Source of the DNA: Acidobacteriota bacterium | GTDB lineage: Bacteria; Acidobacteriota; CAIWXX01 | Length of the DNA: 64,000 bases | Assembly (NCBI GenBank): GCA_040755995.1 | Contig: JBFMAF010000010.1 | Span: 96,001 to 160,000 of the forward strand | Direction: 5' to 3' | Shown: piece by piece, positions 41,008-51,079 of the stretch | Position numbering within the stretch: position 1 is the first letter of the stretch | Layout: each line of letters starts with the position of its first letter | Position numbers and translations under genes: made by a program | Notes under the pieces: model-generated | The model's database searches: none | What the model saw: only the letters and a program-made list of their open reading frames with translations | What the model was told of the DNA's origin: nothing

Positions 41008-41814
41008 GCGGTCGACAACAAGGGGAAGGTATACATCGGAGGGACTGTCAACCGCACAAGCGAGAGTGATGCCACGATCGACACTGTGAAGGTGTACGAT
41101 ACCGATTGGACGATCCAGAAGTATGATTCGAGCGGTAAGCTTGCCTGGAACAAGACCTATAACGGGTCAAGTCCAGGGTATGATTCGCTGAACCAAGTAT
41201 GCCTTGATAGCAGCGGCAACATCTATGCCGCGGGCAAGATGTACAGCTCCGTTACCAACTCGGACATTGCTGCAATGAAACTCAGCAGCGCTGGACAGGT
41301 CTCCTGGAAGAGGGTGTACGATGGCGGGGCTAAGCAGTATGACTCCGTGAACGCAGCAGCCATCGATGACAAGGCCAACTTCGTGATTACAGGGCAATCC
41401 GCTTACTCCTCCAGGCAGCCCAGCTGCCTCACGACCCTGAAATACAGCTCCTCTGGCGACCTGCTGTGGGTGCGCCCATATCCTCAGAATGATGCTCAGA
41501 GCTGGGGGCGGGCCGTTGTCTTCGACAAGCAGGGGAACACCTACGTATCAGGCGTCGCTGCCAATAAGAGCGGTGGCGGTGCGGTTCATACTCTGAAGTA
41601 CGCGAAGAACGGCGCACAGAAGTGGGCCCGGATGTATCCCAGCGCCCCCGGAAGTGGATGGAACAGCCCTTCTTCGATCGCGCTCGACAGCAGCGGGAAC
41701 CTGTATGTGGTTGGTTACGGGCAGAAGAGTTCCAAGGATCCGGGATCTATCTTGACGATTAAGTACGACTCAGCCGGAACCCAAGCCTGGGTGAAGGAAT
41801 ACAAAGGGAAGTAG
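41008..41814 (+). pseudogene. 5'-truncated SBBP-type beta-propeller repeat protein
   Basis: Five blades (AVDNKGKVYIGG, LDSSGNIYAAG, IDDKANFVITG, FDKQGNTYVSG, LDSSGNLYVVG, each followed by a KYD/KYS/KYA/KLS segment and a Trp); frame begins after TGA at 40999 with no start codon or signal peptide. Confidence 0.7.
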
Positions 41815-41994
41815 CCAGACCCGGGCCTGCTAGGCCCCTTGCTGTGTCTTCGGCGATCGGGCCGCGTGCGCCAGCACAGGGTCGGCCGTGACAGACGCCG
41901 GCTCTGGCCAATTCTGAGCTCGGGATTTGGTTTGCCGCGGTGCGCGCACGATGGAGAGTGGAAATCTCGGTGCGCCGGGGCAATGCGGAAAGCC

Positions 41995-42025
41995 CGCCCT
42001 CCCCGCCGCCGTGCCGGGGAGGGCG
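41995..42025. terminator. GC-rich hairpin between convergent genes
   Basis: CGCCCTCCCCG / CGGGGAGGGCG, perfect 11-bp stem with 9-nt loop; no clear U tract. Confidence 0.5.
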
Positions 42026-42036
42026 AGGATTCGTGA

Positions 42037-43521
42037 CTAGCGGCCGAAGAATACGATGCGCACGCCGCCCCAGATCATGTAGTTGTTGCTCAGGTCGTCG
42101 AACTCGTCGAACGGCAGGCGTCCTTCTCCCACGAATGAGAAGCGCCCATCCTCGTCGAAGTTGACACCGAACTGGAGGAGCAGCGCCGCGGTGCGCAGGT
42201 CTTCCTCTGTCAGGTTCCAGAAGCTCACCCCGCCGCCGAAAAACGCCCTCGATAAGCGCCGTTGGATCGCGACGTCGGCGAAGATGCTGGAGTAGTCGTT
42301 GCCGTCAAGGTCGATCTTGCCGCCGAGGGAGAGCTCCAGGTCCGTCTTCTCCGCGATCTCCGGGAGGATACCGAACTTGGCGCCGAGGATCGGGAGGCAG
42401 TGGCCTCCGGGGTACACAGCGTCCACCAGCCTCTCCTTGCCGACGAACCCGGCTCCGAAGAGTCCGATTGGGGGCTTTGTAACCACCATGGAAGCCTCAC
42501 ACTGGTTACTCGACTTCTGCCCTGCGGCGTCTTCTGCGACCGCACGGATCGTGTAGACACCGGCCTTCTTGATCACCACGTCTTCGCGGCGGAACGCAGG
42601 CGGCGTCAGGTCGAACTTGTCGACTACGGCGTCGCCCAGGACGATCTCCACAGTGACCACCTTGAGTCCGCCTTGAATGGCGGGATCGGCGTGCGAAGCC
42701 GAACAGTCGACGATGAACGGCTTGCCGCGGCGGATCTCCTGCGGGATCACGGTCAGCCCGCAGACGGGCGGGCAGGCCTTGATCGTCAGCATTCCGCTGG
42801 CCGCGGCATCGGTGCCCTGGAGCGTTGCCGTAACCTGATGCTGTCCGGGCTCCATGTAGGCGGGAATCTGGGTCTTGAAGACTCCACCTGTCACCGGACC
42901 CGCACCCACCTGCTGGCCGTCCACCGCGACGACAACCTGAGCGCCCTCTGAGGCGTTCGTCGCCGTCACGTTGACGTCGACCGGAACGGTCACGCAGGCA
43001 TCGGTCACCATCTGGATCTCAACCTTCGGCAACAGCGCCTCGATCGGGATCACGGTGCCCAGCGGCTCCAACCACGCATTGCCGCAAGCCTTCGGCGCAT
43101 AGAGACGGTACTTCCGACCGTGGGCCTGGAAGTCGAGCACGAAGACCTCCAACGGCTTCTTGCCCGCCCATACGACATCCCGCAGAAGCGCCGGCTTTCC
43201 GTGCTTCCGATAGGCCATGTACGGGATATGGGCACCCGCATCAACCGTGGATTCGGAGATCTGGCCCGTCTGAGCTCCCTGTTCCAGATCTTCGGCGGTC
43301 CCGACCCACCCCGCCGCGGTGAACACCTCCTGAAGATCGGCCTTCATGTCGCGAATCATCTTGGCGAAATCATCCGCGTTCTTCAAGAGTGGGCAGTGGA
43401 AAGCTGTCCGGGGGTTGCCCAGCCGGGTGACCCGGTGTTCGGCGGCCGAGGCCGAGAGGACGCAGACGATGGCAAACCCAGACAAGAGAACGAACGCGGG
43501 GACTCTCCCCCAGGTCTTCAT
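42037..43521 (-). CDS. Exported multidomain protein: unknown N-domain, two Ig-like domains, probable C-terminal outer-membrane beta-barrel
   Basis: AAGGAG RBS then ATG 43521; signal peptide ending ASA; alternating amphipathic strands ending YMIWGGVRIVFF. Confidence 0.7.
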   Translation of the reverse strand: MKTWGRVPAFVLLSGFAIVCVLSASAAEHRVTRLGNPRTAFHCPLLKNADDFAKMIRDMKADLQEVFTAAGWVGTAEDLEQGAQTGQISESTVDAGAHIPYMAYRKHGKPALLRDVVWAGKKPLEVFVLDFQAHGRKYRLYAPKACGNAWLEPLGTVIPIEALLPKVEIQMVTDACVTVPVDVNVTATNASEGAQVVVAVDGQQVGAGPVTGGVFKTQIPAYMEPGQHQVTATLQGTDAAASGMLTIKACPPVCGLTVIPQEIRRGKPFIVDCSASHADPAIQGGLKVVTVEIVLGDAVVDKFDLTPPAFRREDVVIKKAGVYTIRAVAEDAAGQKSSNQCEASMVVTKPPIGLFGAGFVGKERLVDAVYPGGHCLPILGAKFGILPEIAEKTDLELSLGGKIDLDGNDYSSIFADVAIQRRLSRAFFGGGVSFWNLTEEDLRTAALLLQFGVNFDEDGRFSFVGEGRLPFDEFDDLSNNYMIWGGVRIVFFGR

Positions 43522-43767
43522 AGTGAATCTCCTTACTGGAGCCGCATCATCTCCCATGTCCGGAGACCAGCGCGCTGACATGAGCAAGGGCAGAAGCCCC
43601 AGTGGCATGGCGCAATCTCCGAATCATGGTGACGAGCGACCCCACAGCCGGCATCGGGAACGTCCCGTGCCAAATCATTTTAATGGAATATCGTGCCTTC
43701 CCCATGTGATGCGGTGAGAAGGCGCGAGGGACTGTCCAGTGTGTCCATATCCCGGGACCATGGAGCC

Positions 43768-43796
43768 AATCTAAGCCGCAACCGGCGCCGTGTCAA
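43768..43796 (-). promoter_or_regulatory. Sigma70-type promoter
   Basis: TTGACA-N17-TAGATT on minus strand. Confidence 0.65.
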
Positions 43797-43922
43797 GCTG
43801 CGGCTGCGGTGTGAGCGAGCCAGGGAGTGCTTGAGCCGGCGTTATCGCCTTCGCTTTCGTGGAAGGCGGCTCGTCGTGAGCGTCGAGTCTGGGCGCCGGA
43901 CGTGCCCGATTTCTGCCACTCT

Positions 43923-45830
43923 CTACTCTCTACGCGGCGCGGTCACCCACCCGTCATGCCACAGCTCGAAGGCCATCAGTGTCCACAGCAACTTTCGATG
44001 ATCCGAACGTCCGGCCATGTGGTCACTGATGAGGGTCTGGACGTAGGACGGGGAGAAGTATCCTTCCCGCTTCAGCCGGTCTTCTGCGAGCAGATCTTCG
44101 AGCATGGGACGAAGGGGCCCCGTGAGCCATTTCGCAGTGGGCATATTGAAGCCCTTCTTGCCGCGCTGCACGATCTCCTTCGGCAAGAGTCCATCCACCG
44201 CGCGGCGCAAGAGGTACTTGGTCGTGAGCCTGTGAAGTTTCAGTTCGTGCGGAACCCTGGCCGCATACCGGACCAGGCCCTGATTCAGCAACGGCACCCT
44301 GACCTCCAGCGAATTGGCCATGCTGGCCCGGTCGACCTTGGGCAACATGCCGCCTTCAAGGTACAGCTTCATGTCGCAATAAAGGAGCTGGTTGATCGGC
44401 TCGCGCGCGTTGCACTGGCTCAGATGGTGGAATGCGACGTCGTACGTGTCCTTCTCGCTCAAATGCGCCCATGGCTGGAGCAGCTGATGCTTCTGATCGG
44501 GCCTGAAAGAGCCCAGCCAGTAGTGATGGCGCACCGCGGGCGGCACGCCGCGGCCGGACAGGAAACGGCGGATCTTGAAATCCATGCTGATGTTGTCGAA
44601 GGAGGTCGGGAGCCGTTCCGCCACCCACGGCGCGACGCTTTGACGGACCGCTGCGGGCAGCCAGCGCTCGTAGTACTCGACCAGCCGGTGCGCCTGGAGA
44701 GTCGAGTAGCCGGCGAAAAGCTCGTCTCCGCCGTCGCCGCCCAATACGACCTTTACGTGACGGCGTGCAAGCTCCATCAGGCAGAACGTCGGCACGAGCG
44801 ATGAATCGCCGAGCGGCTCGTCGATGATGCCGGCGATTCTCGGCAGCACGTCTATGGCCCGCTCAGGCGTGAGCTGGAGCTCGATGTGCTCGGAGCCGAT
44901 CCGCTGCGCCACCAGGCGAGCGTGCCGGCTCTCGTCGAAGGTAGGGTCCTCGAAGGAGATTGAAAACGTCTTGAGCCGCGCCGGAGAAGCTTCCGCCACC
45001 AGTGCTGCAATCGCACTCGAGTCCACCCCGCCGCTCAGCAGCACCCCGATCGGGACATCGCTGACCATCTCCATGCGCACAGTTTCCCTCAGGCTCTGCA
45101 GCAGCTCCTTCTGATACTCGGAGCGAGGCCTGCGCTGCACCCTCTCGCTCCCCGCCAGATTGATGTCCCAGTACTTCCAGACCGCATGGCGATGGTCAGC
45201 AAAGGACATGGCGTGGCCGGGCGGAAGCCTGAGGATTCGCTGAAAGATGGTGCGAGGCGTCGGCACGTACTCGAAGCTAAGATACTCGTTGAGCGCCACG
45301 AGGTCGAGGGAGCGTGGAACAGACGGAACCGCAAGAATCGCCTTGAGCTCCGAGCCGAAGATAAGCGCCCCGTCGTGCAGAGTGTAGTAGAGCGGCTTGA
45401 TCCCCATGCGGTCGCGCGCAAGCAGGAGCCGCCGCGAGCGCGAGTCCCAGAGCGCGAAGGCAAACATGCCGTTCAGGTGCTCGAGGCACTCGTCGCCGAA
45501 TTCCTCGTAGGCGTGCACAATCGTCTCGGTATCACTCCGCGTGTAGAAGCGATGGCCGCGCCGGTCGAGCACCAGGCGCAGATCGAGGTAGTTGTAGATC
45601 TCCCCGTTGAGGACCACCCAGACCGTCCCATCCTCGTTGTGGATCGGCTGGTGGCCCCCTTCCAGGTCGATGATCGACAGCCGGCGGTTGCCGAGTCCCA
45701 CGGCGCCCTCGATGTAGGTGCCCGCGTCATCGGGCCCGCGATGCGCCAGGCTCCGGCACATCGGCTCCAGCAGCTCCGGCGTCACGCGGCGAGCCGCGTC
45801 TCCGTAGACGATTCCGCAGATGCCGCACAT
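43923..45830 (-). CDS. asnB: Asparagine synthase (glutamine-hydrolysing) family amidotransferase
   Basis: MCGICG, HRGPD, RLSIIDL, NGEIYN, LSGGVDSS, GDGGDELFAGY, KVDRASMANSLEVRVP. Confidence 0.93.
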   Translation of the reverse strand: MCGICGIVYGDAARRVTPELLEPMCRSLAHRGPDDAGTYIEGAVGLGNRRLSIIDLEGGHQPIHNEDGTVWVVLNGEIYNYLDLRLVLDRRGHRFYTRSDTETIVHAYEEFGDECLEHLNGMFAFALWDSRSRRLLLARDRMGIKPLYYTLHDGALIFGSELKAILAVPSVPRSLDLVALNEYLSFEYVPTPRTIFQRILRLPPGHAMSFADHRHAVWKYWDINLAGSERVQRRPRSEYQKELLQSLRETVRMEMVSDVPIGVLLSGGVDSSAIAALVAEASPARLKTFSISFEDPTFDESRHARLVAQRIGSEHIELQLTPERAIDVLPRIAGIIDEPLGDSSLVPTFCLMELARRHVKVVLGGDGGDELFAGYSTLQAHRLVEYYERWLPAAVRQSVAPWVAERLPTSFDNISMDFKIRRFLSGRGVPPAVRHHYWLGSFRPDQKHQLLQPWAHLSEKDTYDVAFHHLSQCNAREPINQLLYCDMKLYLEGGMLPKVDRASMANSLEVRVPLLNQGLVRYAARVPHELKLHRLTTKYLLRRAVDGLLPKEIVQRGKKGFNMPTAKWLTGPLRPMLEDLLAEDRLKREGYFSPSYVQTLISDHMAGRSDHRKLLWTLMAFELWHDGWVTAPRRE

Positions 45831-45839
45831 GCGATCACG

Positions 45840-46805
45840 TCAACGTGGAGCGCCGGATTGGAACGCGAGCCTGAGGAGTTCCTCAGCCATCCCGATGATA
45901 GTCGAATGGACCCGAACCCTCTCCTTCAGCGGCATCTTCATCGCGCTGGTCTCGACGACGATGACCGATTTGCCCGACGGCCCTTGCTGGACGGCTCCGT
46001 CAACAAAGACCCTCTCCGAGGCTATGAGCTCGTCGATAGAGCCGTCGTTCACGCCGGAGACTACGCCCCCGACGATCGCCTCGCCGAACCTCGTCTTCCC
46101 CGAGAGCATGATCGGATAGGTGAGCTCCGTCATCTTCCTGATGATGCTCCTTGCCGCCTCGTCCTCAGCCCCCCTCGGGCCCTGTGAATAAAGGTAGCCC
46201 TTCTCGAGGAGCGAGTCTTCATGAAGGTCCAGGCAGAGCACCGGCGGGTAGTCCCGGGCCAGTTCGAGCACCTTGCGCGTCAGCGCGCCGGCCTGGGCCG
46301 AGGACGGCCCTGTCGTTCTAGGCTTCCCGTCCTTGTCGAGCAACAAGTGGTCGCTGTCTCCGACGCTGTGCCCGGGGTTGCTTTCGCTGTATTCCTCGAC
46401 ATCCGGATAGCGCCAGTTCCTCACGTATCCGATCGGGTTGCACAGTGGGAAAACCACAAGGGGGAGATTCCTGGCCGCCAGGTCGTTCAGCCGGCCAGTG
46501 TTCTCGTAGACGGCGTTCGCCGGGGCCGGTTCCTCGCCGTGAATGCCCGCGAGTATCCAGATGGCGGGGCCTTTCTGCTTCGTACTGAGGACCTGAATCG
46601 GAAGAGTGCGGTCAACATACACGGTCTCGACGTTCCAAAACCCTCCCTTTGCAAGATCCGCCGTAGCTCTGTAGATCTCTCCTATCGGCACTCTCCCATC
46701 CGCCTGATAGGTTGTCAACTCCATGCCCCCGTCTGATTGACTGTTCCCGATAGCGCAGACCGGAACGACCGCGACGAGTAGCGACGCCAAACGCACCCGT
46801 ATCAT
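45840..46805 (-). CDS. Exported M14-family zinc carboxypeptidase (AstE/AspA-like)
   Basis: GIHGEEP (HxxE), PLCNPIG, LDLHED, VVET; signal-like N-terminus from ATG 46805. Confidence 0.8.
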   Translation of the reverse strand: MIRVRLASLLVAVVPVCAIGNSQSDGGMELTTYQADGRVPIGEIYRATADLAKGGFWNVETVYVDRTLPIQVLSTKQKGPAIWILAGIHGEEPAPANAVYENTGRLNDLAARNLPLVVFPLCNPIGYVRNWRYPDVEEYSESNPGHSVGDSDHLLLDKDGKPRTTGPSSAQAGALTRKVLELARDYPPVLCLDLHEDSLLEKGYLYSQGPRGAEDEAARSIIRKMTELTYPIMLSGKTRFGEAIVGGVVSGVNDGSIDELIASERVFVDGAVQQGPSGKSVIVVETSAMKMPLKERVRVHSTIIGMAEELLRLAFQSGAPR

Positions 46806-46938
46806 CAGCGCATCGTACTCCAATCCCGCCGCCGGCTCAATCGCAGTGGCCGACATCCCTATCCGGCGCTGTTGCGCCTGATGTGGAATTCCGGGTATCC
46901 TGGCGTCACGCGGCGGGAATGCCGCGTGGAGGTGCCTG

Positions 46939-49455
46939 ATGAGCAACGCGGAGGGGAGACGGACGATCGGGACGCGAGCACATGGATATCGAGATGATCC
47001 GAAAGCACACGGCGCGGCGGCGATAGCGCACTCGGTGCGGCATCATCTGGTCTACGTGCAGGGAAGCCTTCCTGAGATCGCCACACGGAACGATTGGTAC
47101 ATGGCCCTATCGTACACAGTGCGGGATCGGCTCATCCATCGCTGGATCAGGACCCTGGAGATGCTGCACAAGCGGGACGTCAAGGTCGTGAGCTACATGT
47201 CTGCTGAGTTCCTGATGGGACCCCACCTGGCGAACTGCCTCATCAACCTCGGCATCTACGATGAGGTGAAGGAGGCGATCGAGGAAATGGGATTGAGCCT
47301 GGACGAGCTCATCCGGCAGGAAGAGGAGCCGGGATTGGGCAACGGCGGTCTCGGAAGACTCGCTGCATGCTTCCTGGACTCGCTTGCGACTCTCGAGGTC
47401 CCCGCGATCGGCTACGGAATCCGGTACGAGTTCGGCATCTTCGACCAGGTCATCCGCGACGGCTGGCAGGTCGAGGTGACAGACAAGTGGCTGCGATTCG
47501 GCAACCCTTGGGAGATCCAACGGCCCGAGGTCAGCTACAACGTGAACTTCGGCGGGCACACCGAACCCTACACCGACCAGGAGGGACGGTACCGCGTGCG
47601 GTGGATTCCTGACCACGTTGTGAAAGGCATTGCCTACGATACCCCCGTGCCGGGCTACCGCGTCGCCACGGCGAATCTGCTGCGGTTGTGGAGAGCCGAG
47701 GCCGTAGAGTCATTCGACTTCCAGGCGTTCAACGTCGGTGACTATTACAAGGCCGTGGAGGACAAGGTGGACTCCGAGAACATCACCAAGGTTCTCTATC
47801 CCAACGACGAGCCCCTGCAGGGAAGACGGCTCCGCCTCAAACAGCAGTACTTCTTCGTCTCCTGCTCGCTCCAGGATATGCTCCGCATCCACCTCAGAGC
47901 AGGAAATTCCCTGCGCACATTCAACACCTGGTGGGCCGTCCAGCTCAACGACACCCATCCGTCGATCGCAATCGCAGAGCTGATGCGATTGCTCGTGGAC
48001 GAGCATCTGATGGCCTGGGAGGAGGCCTGGGATATAACTCAGAAGACTTTCGCCTACACCAACCATACGCTGCTCCCGGAGGCGCTGGAGAAATGGCCAC
48101 TGCCGCTTTTCCAGGACCTTCTTCCGCGGCACATCGAGATCATCTACGAGATCAACCGGCGATTCCTCGACGAGGTGCGCTTGCGTTACCAGGGAGACGA
48201 TGCACGCCTGTCTCGCCTCTCGCTCATCGATGAGTCGCACCAGAAATACGTGCGGATGGCCCACCTGGCGTGCGTGGGCAGCCACGCGGTGAACGGCGTC
48301 GCCAGGCTTCACTCACAGCTTCTGCAGCGGGACGTCATGCGCGACTTCTACGAGCTGCGTCCTGAGTCCTTCCATAACGTGACGAACGGAGTGACGCCGA
48401 GGCGCTGGTTGCTGCTCAGCAATCCGGCGCTTGCGCGGCTCATCACACGCAAGATCGGAGACCGGTGGATCGACCATCTCGAGACGGAGCTCGTGGCGCT
48501 GGAGGAGCTCGCCGAGGAGCCCGAGTTTCAGGACGAGTGGCGACGAATCAAGCGAGACAACAAGCTCCGCCTCGCAACCCTGATCAAGGAACGCACGGGC
48601 ATCGTGATCGACCCTGACTCGATGTACGACATTCAGGTGAAGCGGATTCACGAATACAAGAGGCAGCATTTGAATGTGCTGCACGTGATCACGCTGTATA
48701 ACCGGCTCAAGAAAAATCCGGCGGCCGATGCGGCTCCACGCACCGTCATCTTCGGCGGCAAGGCCGCCCCCGGCTACGTCGTGGCAAAGCGAATCATCAA
48801 GTTGATCCACTCCGTGGCGGAGGTGGTGAACAACGATCCGGAGATCGCCGGACGGCTCCGTGTCGTCTTCTTCCCGGACTTCAACGTGAAGAACGCCGAG
48901 CACATCTATCCCGCCGCCGACCTGTCGGAGCAGATCTCGACGGCCGGCTACGAGGCGTCGGGGACGGGTAACATGAAATTCTCGATGAACGGAGCCCTGA
49001 CGATCGGAACTCTGGACGGAGCCAACGTCGAGATTCGCGAAGCCGTGGGAGACGAGAACTTCTTCCTGTTCGGCCTCACGGCCGACGGTGTCGCAGGCCT
49101 CAAGGCCTCAGGCTACAGCCCCGCCGCCTACTATGAGAACAATGAATTGCTCAGGGAGGTGATCGAACAGATCCGCTCGGGCGTCTTCTCCAGCGGGGAC
49201 CGCGATCTCTTCGGGCCCCTGGTCGATTCGTTGCTGTACCGCGATCAATACGTGCTGTTCGCCGACTACCAGTCGTACGTGGATTGCCAGGAGACGGTCA
49301 GCCGGGCGTACGGCGATCAACAGCTCTGGACGCGAATAGCGATTCTGAACGTGGCACGGATCGGCCGCTTCTCGTCGGATCGGTCCATCCGAGACTACTG
49401 TCAGCAGATCTGGGATGTGAACCCGGTCCGGGTGAGAATGGACGATTCTCTATAG
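46939..49455 (+). CDS. glgP: Glycogen/alpha-glucan phosphorylase
   Basis: LGNGGLGRLAACFLDS, QLNDTHP, YTNHTLLPEALE, KRIHEYKRQ, EASGTGNMK (PLP Lys), GTLDGANVE. Confidence 0.97.
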   Translation: MSNAEGRRTIGTRAHGYRDDPKAHGAAAIAHSVRHHLVYVQGSLPEIATRNDWYMALSYTVRDRLIHRWIRTLEMLHKRDVKVVSYMSAEFLMGPHLANCLINLGIYDEVKEAIEEMGLSLDELIRQEEEPGLGNGGLGRLAACFLDSLATLEVPAIGYGIRYEFGIFDQVIRDGWQVEVTDKWLRFGNPWEIQRPEVSYNVNFGGHTEPYTDQEGRYRVRWIPDHVVKGIAYDTPVPGYRVATANLLRLWRAEAVESFDFQAFNVGDYYKAVEDKVDSENITKVLYPNDEPLQGRRLRLKQQYFFVSCSLQDMLRIHLRAGNSLRTFNTWWAVQLNDTHPSIAIAELMRLLVDEHLMAWEEAWDITQKTFAYTNHTLLPEALEKWPLPLFQDLLPRHIEIIYEINRRFLDEVRLRYQGDDARLSRLSLIDESHQKYVRMAHLACVGSHAVNGVARLHSQLLQRDVMRDFYELRPESFHNVTNGVTPRRWLLLSNPALARLITRKIGDRWIDHLETELVALEELAEEPEFQDEWRRIKRDNKLRLATLIKERTGIVIDPDSMYDIQVKRIHEYKRQHLNVLHVITLYNRLKKNPAADAAPRTVIFGGKAAPGYVVAKRIIKLIHSVAEVVNNDPEIAGRLRVVFFPDFNVKNAEHIYPAADLSEQISTAGYEASGTGNMKFSMNGALTIGTLDGANVEIREAVGDENFFLFGLTADGVAGLKASGYSPAAYYENNELLREVIEQIRSGVFSSGDRDLFGPLVDSLLYRDQYVLFADYQSYVDCQETVSRAYGDQQLWTRIAILNVARIGRFSSDRSIRDYCQQIWDVNPVRVRMDDSL

Positions 49456-49604
49456 GCGATGCCCCTACCGGGGTCGAGGGCTATGCCTCGTGCGACCGAC
49501 GCGGGGACGCGGTGAGGGGGGGACGCGGTGCAGAGTAGCATCCGGCCGTGAACTGCCGTATCTTGTTGCCCCCCTGAAGCCGGAACGAGCTGGATCGTAC
49601 TCGA

Positions 49605-51079
49605 CTACCGACGTGTCGATCCGATGCTGCTCGGGCGTGCTGAAGGGAGCACGATGCTGGCGGCGAAGCCCGCTGGTTCCAGGTTCGCAGCCGTTACGGT
49701 GCCCCGGCAGGTTGTAATGCAGGTCTTGACGATCGCGAGGCCAAGCCCGGTCCCGCCTGTGCAACGCCTTCTGGCGGGCTCGGGCCTGTAGAACGGCTCG
49801 AAAAGCTTCTCGAGTGAATCGGCCGGCACACCGGGACCGTGATCCCGTATGGTAATGATCACGTTGGATCCCTCGCGCTTGGCGGAGATCTCGACCGGCC
49901 CAGAGCGGCCTGCGTAGCGAATCGAATTGCGGACGAGGTTGGCCAAGGCACGGTCTAGCAGCTCGCGATCCGCGACGACCCGAACGCCGGGCTCCAGGTT
50001 CATCCGGATGTCAACGCCAGACTCGCCTTCGCGCCCGACGACCGCCGTCGCCACCTCCTCCAAACTCAGGGGCTCAAGGTGCACGCGGTCCGCACTTGCG
50101 ACTTCGGCACGCGAGAACGCGAGCAGCTCCTGAACGAGCTCTGACATGTGTTCGACATCGTCGATCACGTCCTGAACCTTGGACTGATGCGCGCCGTCAA
50201 GGGTGTTCTGCAGAATTCCGAGACCGATCTGGATGCGGGCGATGGGAGACCCCAGTTCGTGCGCCACATCACTCAGGAGACGTTTCTGGCTCCGGATGAG
50301 ACGATCCAGCCGAGTCGACATGTCGGTGATGGCCCGCCCCAGGCGGCCGATTTCGTCAGAGCGGTTCACATCCAGCCTGATGTCAAACTTGCCGCGTGCG
50401 ATCTCTTCGGTAGCCACGGTCATCTGCGTCAGCGGATGGGTCACGCTGCGAACCAGAGGAATCCAGAGAGCAGGGCGAACACAATGGCGATGACCACCCA
50501 GGGCATGGGATCCATGAAAAGCCCGTTGCCCGTCACTGAGTCGGACCGGGCAATGAGGACCACGGGAATGGCCGGGCGGCCGGGTTGCATCACCACGGAG
50601 CACGGCACGCCGGCCCAGTATAGGGTCGGATGCTTGGTACGAACTGTGAATACATCCTCCGGTCTGGGAGGAGGCGAGGCCGCCGGCGGAGGGAGATCAC
50701 GGTCGAGAGGATTTCTCCCCTGCCCGGGCGGCAGACGAGGCGCGGTCCTCCCCGCATCCAATTCGATTCTCACCTCTGGCGGCAGTTCCACGTTGGGCCC
50801 CGCGAGTCTCGTTCCGTCCCGGCTGACCATGAGGAAGTCCACCTTGTAGTACCCAGAGTAGCGCTTCATGACTGCGTCCCAGGTGCTGCTCGGCGCATGG
50901 GATAGTTCGCGGGTCAGCGATTCGCCGACGTTCAAGAGACGATTGCCGGCTTCCTTGAGCAGGGGTGAACGGGGTCCCAGCCGGAACTGCAGGTTGAAGG
51001 CGACGATGAGCAGCCCCAGAATGATGCTCAAGCTAACGAAGAACCATACCAGTATCCTGGCGAACACAGGCAGCCTCAT
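49605..51079 (-). pseudogene. CpxA-like sensor histidine kinase split by a frameshift in TM2
   Basis: TM1, periplasmic loop and start of TM2 in ORF 51079-50441; rest of TM2, HAMP, DVAHELGSP, NSIRY, DHGPG and GTGLGL in another frame; switch at about 50463-50472. Confidence 0.85.

Noticed and set aside
43923..45830. Lasso peptide cyclase cluster
   Set aside because: Full Cys2 glutaminase domain present; no B1/B2 proteins or precursor peptide nearby
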